Positions 9,038-16,684 of a DNA stretch of 17,752 nt are shown here, piece by piece. The DNA comes from Promethearchaeati archaeon. Lineage in GTDB: Archaea; Asgardarchaeota; Heimdallarchaeia; JABLTI01. The position numbers and the translations under genes were made by a program. Location of the stretch: the NCBI GenBank assembly GCA_013166835.1, contig JABLTI010000051.1:1-17752 (forward strand), read 5' to 3'. Within the stretch, counting starts at the first letter, position 1. Every line of letters starts with the position of its first letter. The notes below the pieces were generated by a model. It was given only the letters and a program-made list of their open reading frames with translations, did no database searches and had not been told where the DNA came from.

Positions 9038-9146
9038 AGAAAGATAGCTAAATCTCTATTATTTTTTAGATTCTAATAATCAAATGTTGATAATAATTAG
9101 TTAATGATTAACAATTGTTTGTTTAAAAAACATTCAGTAGAAAAAA

Positions 9147-9186
9147 GATGCTTAAGTCTTACACTTCCTCTTTAAGGTCTAGAAGT
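9147..9186 (+). repeat. Junction repeat R9 (degenerate, truncated)
   Basis: GATGCTTAAGTCTTACACTTCCTCTTTAAGGTCTAGAAGT. Confidence 0.82.
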
Positions 9187-9289
9187 ATATTAAGGTGTAT
9201 TTTCAAGTATCTGTTAGAAAAAAGGAAATGTTAAGAAGAGGTAAGTTTAGTATTTAGATATTCATTGAAAATACATTGATTGATCTTTT

Positions 9290-10627
9290 CTATATTTTCT
9301 CTACTTTAGAGATTTCCATACGAGTAAATAATAGGAAGGAAGCTAATAAGGATACACCATAAATTAGCTGACTAAGAATGTTTACACTAGGGTGGATATT
9401 ATTAAAGTTGGTAGTCATAAAAGGCAAAAATAAGATAAGAATCATTCCAAGTAAGAAACAAGCAATTACTATTTGTAAAATTAATTCATATTTTTGTAAT
9501 TTTTGTTTTTTTATAGCAAATTTATATCCTAACACAATGGTCATACTACCTAAGGGGGCAATAATAAATTCAGCTAATCCGATTGGTATAAGTAGATATT
9601 TCCCAATAGTCTGTATAATTTCCCAATAATGTCTTTCCAAATCTTCAAATTGATCGTTAATGATACCTCTGAAATTCCTTGTAACTCTTTTTTTCCACCA
9701 ATCAGATAGTTTTCTTCTTTTTCCTTTGAAATCTTTAGGTGCAAGATTCACCTCAGGATTGCGGATTTTCTTTACAGAAGGTATTATATAGAAAGATAGA
9801 ACGCTAATTACTGACATGACACCTTTATAGTATTTATTAGCTATGATACGCTCAAAAGTATCTAAAACTAGATAAAAAGTATTAGTCTCAACTCCACTTC
9901 CTAGGTTAATGATAAGTATTGCTTTTACGATAACCGCGATGGTTAATAAAACTCCAACAATAGTCATTAGATAAATAGGGATTATCATTATTAACTTAAA
10001 TCGCTGGGGGTATATTTCTTCCTGGGTATCAATTATTCTTTCTTCAAATTTACTTCGATGTTTATCTATTTCTTTCTGCAGATCTTCTTTCTTGTTTTGG
10101 ATCTCTTGTTGAAATTCCTTCTTCTCTTTTAGTAATTTCTCTTTTTCATTGGCATTTTTTCTTAACTCTATTTCTTTCTGTTCAGAGGATAAGGAAGATT
10201 TCTCGTCATTCAAAAGCTGATGGTTATCTTCAAGTTTACTTTCTTTTTCTTCGAAAATCCTCTTTTGTTTCTCTTCCTTTAATTTTAATTTTTCCAATTC
10301 CTTTTCAATAGCTTTTATCTTTTTTTGACTATAGGGTTTTTTCTTTGAAGTCTTTGTAAGCCAGTTAATGATTTTTTGAGCAATAGGTATATAGCCTATT
10401 ATAAAACCAAATCCACTCATAATTTGAGTGAAGAATGAAAATATTAGCATTGGATAAAAGATTAACCCTAAGAAATTACCATCAAAAACTGATACAAAAA
10501 CAATTGTTACAACTAGAATCAATGTACCAACTGCAAATGCAAAATAGTATTTTTTATCAATTAAAGCTAATGGGTGTTTGTTTTTATTTTGCATCTCTTT
10601 TACCCCTTTTACATAATGATATTTCAT
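9290..10627 (-). CDS. Hypothetical multi-pass membrane protein with a ~100-aa coiled-coil insert; start may be ATG 10594
   Basis: Two N-terminal TM segments, K/E/Q-rich helical stretch, then ~5 more hydrophobic segments. Confidence 0.75.
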   Translation of the reverse strand: MKYHYVKGVKEMQNKNKHPLALIDKKYYFAFAVGTLILVVTIVFVSVFDGNFLGLIFYPMLIFSFFTQIMSGFGFIIGYIPIAQKIINWLTKTSKKKPYSQKKIKAIEKELEKLKLKEEKQKRIFEEKESKLEDNHQLLNDEKSSLSSEQKEIELRKNANEKEKLLKEKKEFQQEIQNKKEDLQKEIDKHRSKFEERIIDTQEEIYPQRFKLIMIIPIYLMTIVGVLLTIAVIVKAILIINLGSGVETNTFYLVLDTFERIIANKYYKGVMSVISVLSFYIIPSVKKIRNPEVNLAPKDFKGKRRKLSDWWKKRVTRNFRGIINDQFEDLERHYWEIIQTIGKYLLIPIGLAEFIIAPLGSMTIVLGYKFAIKKQKLQKYELILQIVIACFLLGMILILFLPFMTTNFNNIHPSVNILSQLIYGVSLLASFLLFTRMEISKVEKI

Positions 10628-10688
10628 TTATCTGTTTTCTTGTTAAGAAAAGGACATCTTTAATGCCAAAAAATCAACTACAATTAAG

Positions 10689-10795
10689 TTTATACTCAGG
10701 TCTCACACTTCCTCTTTAAGGGCTAGAAGTCCATTTTGGTAATAACACGCTTAAGTGGTAAGTATCTGCTGGCTGAGCATCTCGCCCGAAAACTC
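10689..10795 (+). repeat. Junction repeat R10 (full length, diverged)
   Basis: TTTATACTCAGGTCTCACACTTCCTCTTTAAGGGCTAGAAGTCCATTTTGGTAATAACACGCTTAAGTGGTAAGTATCTGCTGGCTGAGCATCTCGCCCGAAAACTC. Confidence 0.92.
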
Positions 10796-10958
10796 GTTAA
10801 AACTATTACTTACTATCAATAAAGGTTTAAATCAGAAAAGACAAAATTGTTTATTTGCCATGATTATTGGATTAGAAACTAGAAGCTCTTAACAAAAGCA
10901 TTTACATAGATGATAATCTCAATTACACTAAGAATTAATAAAATACACGAGGAATTAC

Positions 10959-12221
10959 ATGGTAATCACAATTTTAACAGGTGGTACAAGAGGAGACACT
11001 CAACCATACATTGCTCTCGGGTTGGCCTTGAAAAAAGAAGGATATAAGATCCGTATTGCGACATTTGAAAATTATGAATCCTTTGTGAAAAACTATGGTT
11101 TGGATTTTTATCCAATAAAAGGAGATGTCAAAGAGGTTGCTACAAGCAATATCATGGATAGTGCTATGCAAGCTGATAATCCTCTCAAGTTTATTTTCAG
11201 TTTTAGAAAGCTAAGATCACTTGTTTTTAATTTACAAGATGATTTTTACAATGCGTGTCAAGGCTCAGAAGCAATTGTTTATCATCCAGGAGTTACAATG
11301 GGATTTTTCGCTGCGCAACAACTTAGAATTCCAAGTATTTTAGCGATTCCTTTTCCAATGACTCCAACAACAGAATTTCCATCAATAATCTTTTATAATA
11401 GACCAAGTTTAGGAAAACAATACAATCGATTAACACATGAATTAATCGAAAGAACAATGTGGTTTGGTTCTAAAGCAGCAGTTAGGCGATTCTGGAAAAA
11501 GAAATTTGGCAGACGACCAAAAAACTTTCGAAATCCATTCAAAAAACAAACCACAAAGGATTTCCCAACAATAGTTTCTTGTAGTCAACATGTTTTTCCA
11601 AAACCAAAAGATTGGTCAGAACATGTCCATAATACCGGATATTGGTTTTTAGATGAAGAAAAAGATTGGAAAGCATCTAAGGAATTACAAGCATTCTTAA
11701 AAGCAGGTAATCCTCCCATTTACGTTGGATTTGGTAGTGTTAAAGATGCAAAAACAGCTGTAAAAACATCGAATATAGTAATAGACGCTTTAAAACGCAA
11801 TAACATGCGAGGAATTTTAGCAACTGGCTGGAAGAGTATGATGATGGATAATGATAATCAAGAAGATTTTTTCATTCTAGAGAGTGTTCCACATTCATGG
11901 TTATTCCCTCAAATGGCTGCGGTAGTTCATCATGGAGGTGCAGGAACAACAGGAGCAACTCTAAGAGCAGGAATTCCCAATATTATTATCCCATATAGTA
12001 ATGATCAATTTGGTTGGGGTCGACGGATATTTGAACTTGGTGTGGGGCCAAAACTAATTCCTAGAAAGAAACTTACGACAGAGAAATTGGCAAAAGCAAT
12101 TAAGCTTTCTCAGTCTAAAGAAATAATAGATGCAGCTAATCAATTAGGAATAAAAATAGATAAAGAGAATGGAGCTAAGAAAGCTGCAAAAATAATAAGC
12201 AGTACATTAAACAATAATTGA
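10959..12221 (+). CDS. GT1 glycosyltransferase (sterol 3-beta-glucosyltransferase-like)
   Basis: GTRGDTQPYIALG, YVGFGS, VPHSWLFPQMAAVVHHGGAGTT, DQFGWG; GAGG RBS. Confidence 0.92.
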   Translation: MVITILTGGTRGDTQPYIALGLALKKEGYKIRIATFENYESFVKNYGLDFYPIKGDVKEVATSNIMDSAMQADNPLKFIFSFRKLRSLVFNLQDDFYNACQGSEAIVYHPGVTMGFFAAQQLRIPSILAIPFPMTPTTEFPSIIFYNRPSLGKQYNRLTHELIERTMWFGSKAAVRRFWKKKFGRRPKNFRNPFKKQTTKDFPTIVSCSQHVFPKPKDWSEHVHNTGYWFLDEEKDWKASKELQAFLKAGNPPIYVGFGSVKDAKTAVKTSNIVIDALKRNNMRGILATGWKSMMMDNDNQEDFFILESVPHSWLFPQMAAVVHHGGAGTTGATLRAGIPNIIIPYSNDQFGWGRRIFELGVGPKLIPRKKLTTEKLAKAIKLSQSKEIIDAANQLGIKIDKENGAKKAAKIISSTLNNN

Positions 12222-12247
12222 TGCTCATGACTCACACTTCTTCTTTT
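12218..12247 (+). repeat. Junction repeat R11 (core only; supplies the glycosyltransferase stop codon)
   Basis: TTGATGCTCATGACTCACACTTCTTCTTTT; TGA at 12219-12221. Confidence 0.92.
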
Positions 12248-12377
12248 ATCACAATTTCTTCAACTCCACAGTCAAAATGAATCCATAAAATGAGCTTGTT
12301 CTAAAAAAATCTTTAAACAGTGAAATTTACTAAAGAGTTACTTTGAATAATTGAGAATGTAATTGCATAACTAATAC

Positions 12378-13712
12378 GTGAATCTGCTGAAAAACATAAA
12401 TTTGGTGCAATATTTGGAACAAACAAGGCTAGAAAATAACACTAGAATAAATAATGAAAAGAGAATTGAAGAATTGGGTGAAAGTAAAGGGAAAACCATT
12501 TTTTCGATAATTTTTGTTGGATTTTTAACACTGCTAACTATTACTGCCGTAACACTATTACATTCAAATCAACAAGAATTTATTTTAGATCGATTTGTAG
12601 GGATTAGTAAATTTGAGTTTTCGTTATTTGATTCTACTGTATATGTTGCTTATTTCTTAACTGGAATCGTAATTAGTGTTTTATCTGGCAAACTTGCTAA
12701 AAGAAAAATCTTCATTGTTATTGGTAGTATTGGTGCAGCTTTATTTTTCTACTTAATGACTTTAACAGTAAATTATTTCTTGTTATTATTCTTGAGGTTT
12801 CTTCAAGGATGCTTTTCAATTATAGTTTGGCAAACTCTCATGACCATTGTCCTGGATTTATCAACTCCAAATGATCGTGGTAGAAATATGGGCATATTTG
12901 GCATTCTACTGGCATTAGGTATGGGATCGGGACCATTTTTAGGGGGATTTATAGCAGATGTCGGAGTTTTTATTCCTTATTATGTTGCTTCTGGATTAAT
13001 GATTCTTGTTTTGTTTTTGTCACTCTTTCTAAAAGAACCTACTAGTCTTAAAGGAGGAGTAACTGTAAAAGAAAGCCTAAACATTTTGAAAAGTGACCCA
13101 AAAATTATAGTTCCAAGTTTGTTCAATTTCATTGATCGATTGCATATGGGATTCATTATTTTTGCTTTGCCATTAATTATCGGGTTAGATACTTCTGAAG
13201 GAGGATTAGCATTAGAACCAAGATTTAGAGGAATGGCATTTGGTATCTTTGCCTTACCTTACATTTTATTGCAATATCCTTTTGGAAAACTCTCAGATAA
13301 AATAGGTCGATACCCTCAATTGCTAATTGGGAGTATTTGTTATGGGATAGTGTTAAGCTTTGTAGGATATTTCGGAGGAGAATCATTTGGAGTACTATTA
13401 ACAATACTAGTATTCTTAGGACTATTTTCAGGGGTGACCTCTCCACCATCTATGGCTTTAGTGGGAGATAGTTTAAATGATACAAAGAAAAATAGCGCAG
13501 CAATGGGCATTTTCACACTTTTAGGGAATATCGGAATAGCATTAGGACCAGTTATTGCTGGTTCAATGTTACAACTTGGTTTTGGATTAACTTTCTTAGT
13601 GGCAGGAATAATAGAAGTTTTCTTTTTGATAGTAAATATAATTCTGATTCGATTTGTTTTCAAAGAGAAATTATTTAGAAAAAATGACTTAAAACCCACA
13701 CTTCTTCTTTAA
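12378..13712 (+). CDS. MFS transporter; true start probably downstream (e.g. TTG 12474)
   Basis: ~12 TM helices; motif A variants SGKLAKRK and GKLSDKIGR; RFLQG; GPFLGG. Confidence 0.9.
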   Translation: MNLLKNINLVQYLEQTRLENNTRINNEKRIEELGESKGKTIFSIIFVGFLTLLTITAVTLLHSNQQEFILDRFVGISKFEFSLFDSTVYVAYFLTGIVISVLSGKLAKRKIFIVIGSIGAALFFYLMTLTVNYFLLLFLRFLQGCFSIIVWQTLMTIVLDLSTPNDRGRNMGIFGILLALGMGSGPFLGGFIADVGVFIPYYVASGLMILVLFLSLFLKEPTSLKGGVTVKESLNILKSDPKIIVPSLFNFIDRLHMGFIIFALPLIIGLDTSEGGLALEPRFRGMAFGIFALPYILLQYPFGKLSDKIGRYPQLLIGSICYGIVLSFVGYFGGESFGVLLTILVFLGLFSGVTSPPSMALVGDSLNDTKKNSAAMGIFTLLGNIGIALGPVIAGSMLQLGFGLTFLVAGIIEVFFLIVNIILIRFVFKEKLFRKNDLKPTLLL

Positions 13713-13760
13713 GGGCTAGCAGTCCGGGGCGGGAAGGACACGCATAAGATTGGGTAGAAC
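13684..13760 (+). repeat. Junction repeat R12 (overlaps the MFS 3' end and supplies its stop)
   Basis: ACCCACACTTCTTCTTTAAGGGCTAGCAGTCCGGGGCGGGAAGGACACGC to 13743, then a degenerate match to ~13760. Confidence 0.92.
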
Positions 13761-13823
13761 AGATTTTAGAGTGGGAATTTAGTTTAAATACTAATAAAGT
13801 ATAATAAATAATGAGGATACAAT

Positions 13824-14060
13824 ATGACAATTGAAAAGAAAAAAATAACCATCTTAATTGAAAAGGATCAAGATGGTATCCTTATTGCATCTGCTCCAGA
13901 GTTACCTGGATGTTATACTCAAGCAAAAAGCTTGAATGAATTAATGAAGCGAATAGAAGAAGCAGTAGATTTGTATTTAAAAAGTGTTGATAAGGAATTT
14001 AGTGAAAATCTTCTGAAGGATTTTGTTGGGATACAATTTCTAGAGGTTCCTATCGGATGA
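13824..14060 (+). CDS. hicB: HicB-family antitoxin (short UPF0150 type)
   Basis: IEKDQDG...APELPGCYTQAKSLNELMKRIEEAVDLYL; ATGA overlap with the next gene. Confidence 0.9.
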   Translation: MTIEKKKITILIEKDQDGILIASAPELPGCYTQAKSLNELMKRIEEAVDLYLKSVDKEFSENLLKDFVGIQFLEVPIG

Positions 14061-14284
14061 AACTCAGACCTCTTGCAGCTCGAAAAGTAATCAAAGTATT
14101 AACTAAAGTTGGTTTTGTAATTGTTAGAAAGAAAGGCAGTCATGTTATCTTGAAACATCAAGATGGACGATTAATTGTGGTGCCAGATCATAAAGGAGAA
14201 GAGATAAGCAAAGGTCTTTTATTAAAAATAATCAAAGATTCCAAATTATCCAAAGATGAATTCTATAAGTTGGCAGAAAAATAG
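14057..14284 (+). CDS. hicA: HicA-family mRNA interferase toxin
   Basis: GFVIVRKKGSHVILKH...VVPDH...GLLLKIIK; basic 75-aa protein. Confidence 0.93.
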   Translation: MKLRPLAARKVIKVLTKVGFVIVRKKGSHVILKHQDGRLIVVPDHKGEEISKGLLLKIIKDSKLSKDEFYKLAEK

Positions 14285-14328
14285 ACGCATTAGTTTTGTA
14301 ATCAATTTAGTAAGTTCTAACAACAAAA

Positions 14329-14368
14329 ATGCTCAGGACTCACACTTCTTCTTTAAGGGTTAGAAGTC
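14329..14368 (+). repeat. Junction repeat R13 (truncated)
   Basis: ATGCTCAGGACTCACACTTCTTCTTTAAGGGTTAGAAGTC. Confidence 0.93.
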
Positions 14369-14585
14369 ATTATTTATTTTAGAATTAATTTGAAAATAAT
14401 TTCTTGGAATTAGAAACAGCTATTGGCTTAAGCTCCAATTCCACATTTTTATTTTTGTAATATTTTTAACTCTAAATTTTCATTGGGAAAAAGTGATAGG
14501 TGTGATTTTTTAGCAAGAAAAAATGCATTTTAACAAAATTGTTATTACAAGTGATTTTGTTAATTGTTAATAAGAGAGGAATAAA

Positions 14586-16535
14586 TTGAATAAAAAATCA
14601 ATATTCTTCTTACTCTTCCTCATAATTATTGTTGGATTAGTAATAGCTACTCCTATTATCCTTTTTAATATTAAATTTAAGACAAGTATTTCCTTGCCAT
14701 CTCCTGATATTAATGGAGAAATGCTATTAGAAGATGCTCTTTTGATCGTTAATCAAACACCGTCTTTCCTACCTATTGAACAGTTATCACTACAAACACT
14801 CAGCCAATTATTATGGTCTATGCAAGGGATTACTCATGGACAGAAACGAACTACTCCATCTGCAGGAGCATTGTATCCGTTAGAATTGTACATTTATGCT
14901 TTTGACATAGAAAATTTGCCTGTTGCTCTTTACCACTATACACCAAAAGGGCATGGCATCAATCTCATTCAAGAAAAGAATATCTCGAGAAGCTATGTAG
15001 CTGATTCATTGCTTCCAATTAATAATGACCTTAATCAGGCTCAAGCTTTGGTTTTCATATCAATTGTTCCAGAACGCACAACAACAAAATATGGATCGAG
15101 GGGGATACAGTACATACAACTCGAGATTGGGCATGTTCTAGGCAATCTATACCTTCAAGCTGTAACAACTGATGTTCATGTTGAACCTATTTTTCAATAC
15201 AATCAAACAAAAATTCAGGAGGAATTTGAAATAGAGGAAGAGATCGCAGTTATTATTCCATTAATTAAGTGTGCTTCATATGAATCGACAATCATGCCAG
15301 AATTGCTTCAAGAAAACCTGTTAGAGAATAATATCGAAACAAATGGTTTAACTGTAGAACAGGCTATTTACATAAGACAATCAATTCGAAACTACGAACA
15401 GCAAGACATTACCTTATCAGCATTGAAACGATTATTTTGGTTTACTTTTGCCAATAAAACAAGATGGTTATCAAGTGCAACAAAACCAATTACTTTCACT
15501 GCAGTTTCAGCAGTTTACCTGTTTTTGGTTACTAGTGATAAAACAGAAGACCTAGAAAAAGGGATTTATGAGCTTTCTAGTGAGGAATTCAATATCACAT
15601 CATTCAAGTTAGGAGAATATATTTCAGATCTTTATGAAGCTGGTTTATCTCAAAGCATGATTAATACAGCAGCATTTAATACCATATTTTTGTTAAACAC
15701 GACTTTACTTCGAGAACATCTTATCGAAGACTACATACCCCTTGGTATGTATGAAGTTGGTATGATATCTCAATTTCTATATTTGGAATCAAGAAATCTT
15801 AACCTTGGAATGGTTGTAGTGGGAGCATTTTATGATTTTCAAGTAACAAAACTTTTAGATGATATTATTTCCCAACCTGTTTATATTATCCCTATTGGCG
15901 TATCAGAATTAGGAGATATTGATTTCAGACTATATACTATAAGTAAATATTCTCTAAGTAAAACTTTTGGCATTTTAACTTTGGTTCTATTCTATTTTTC
16001 ATGCTTTATGGCAACTAATACAATAAAAAACAGGTTTAGGAAGAATTGGTTAAGGATACACCACATTTTCTCCTCGGGATTTTCAATATTATTTCTTTTA
16101 ACTCATTTCATTCTAATAATCGATGTATTATCTTTCTTTCAAAGCTCCCAGACCGGATATGCATTTCTTGAAATGCTAAAGAAAATAATAGGCTATAATT
16201 TAGCTCCTATTGATTCTCTCTACAAAGTTGGCCTTTTAACGTCAATAATTGCTTTATGGCTGATAATTCTATTGAATGTTCTCCCATATGTTCTGCTTAA
16301 GATCAAGAAAATCTCAATAAAAACAAGGAGAGTAATTCATCAAGTTTTAATTGGTGTAATATTGTTATGCAGCTACATTCATGTTTATGCTAATTGTTTA
16401 AGCAGTTCATTGTATTATTGGTTATTTTTCACAGGAAACCTAGGCATTATTCTTTTATACTTAGGTTTGCACTACCATCGATCATTTACTAGTTTATGGA
16501 AAAATAAAGGTGTAGAAAACATAACTACTGAATAA
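14586..16535 (+). CDS. Membrane protein: tandem SagB/ThcOx-type nitroreductase domains plus a ferric-reductase-like (cytochrome b) TM domain
   Basis: N-terminal TM; RTTPSAGALYPLELY, KYGSRG, EIGHVLGNLYLQA; second domain RQSIRNY...LNLGMVVVGAF...YIIPIG; C-terminal TMs with two H-x13-H pairs. Confidence 0.8.
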   Translation: MNKKSIFFLLFLIIIVGLVIATPIILFNIKFKTSISLPSPDINGEMLLEDALLIVNQTPSFLPIEQLSLQTLSQLLWSMQGITHGQKRTTPSAGALYPLELYIYAFDIENLPVALYHYTPKGHGINLIQEKNISRSYVADSLLPINNDLNQAQALVFISIVPERTTTKYGSRGIQYIQLEIGHVLGNLYLQAVTTDVHVEPIFQYNQTKIQEEFEIEEEIAVIIPLIKCASYESTIMPELLQENLLENNIETNGLTVEQAIYIRQSIRNYEQQDITLSALKRLFWFTFANKTRWLSSATKPITFTAVSAVYLFLVTSDKTEDLEKGIYELSSEEFNITSFKLGEYISDLYEAGLSQSMINTAAFNTIFLLNTTLLREHLIEDYIPLGMYEVGMISQFLYLESRNLNLGMVVVGAFYDFQVTKLLDDIISQPVYIIPIGVSELGDIDFRLYTISKYSLSKTFGILTLVLFYFSCFMATNTIKNRFRKNWLRIHHIFSSGFSILFLLTHFILIIDVLSFFQSSQTGYAFLEMLKKIIGYNLAPIDSLYKVGLLTSIIALWLIILLNVLPYVLLKIKKISIKTRRVIHQVLIGVILLCSYIHVYANCLSSSLYYWLFFTGNLGIILLYLGLHYHRSFTSLWKNKGVENITTE

Positions 16536-16557
16536 TTCCCAACTAGAAAAACATGCA

Positions 16558-16590
16558 GCTCAGGACTCACACTGCTTCTTTACGGACCAG
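16558..16590 (+). repeat. Junction repeat R14 (short)
   Basis: GCTCAGGACTCACACTGCTTCTTTACGGACCAG. Confidence 0.88.
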
Positions 16591-16684
16591 TTACTTTCAC
16601 CTAGAGTTAAAAGAAAACTAATAGATATGGATACCATGACTGACATTGATGTCAACAGTTGAGAAATAAAGAGAAGGAATACAT

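Noticed and set aside
13788-13802. ATACT-AATAA-AGTAT palindrome as a HicB operator
   Set aside because: Only 5-bp arms in AT-rich DNA, and this HicB lacks an evident DNA-binding domain.
14586-16535. RiPP (thiazole/oxazole) biosynthetic cluster from the SagB-like domains
   Set aside because: No YcaO cyclodehydratase or precursor peptide nearby, and stand-alone SagB-type nitroreductases are common.
190-16590. CRISPR array interpretation of the ~30-bp core repeat
   Set aside because: Intervals are mostly 0.6-2.8 kb and contain genes, the copies are degenerate and extend to ~107 bp, and no cas genes are present. Only R7-R8 has spacer-like spacing.
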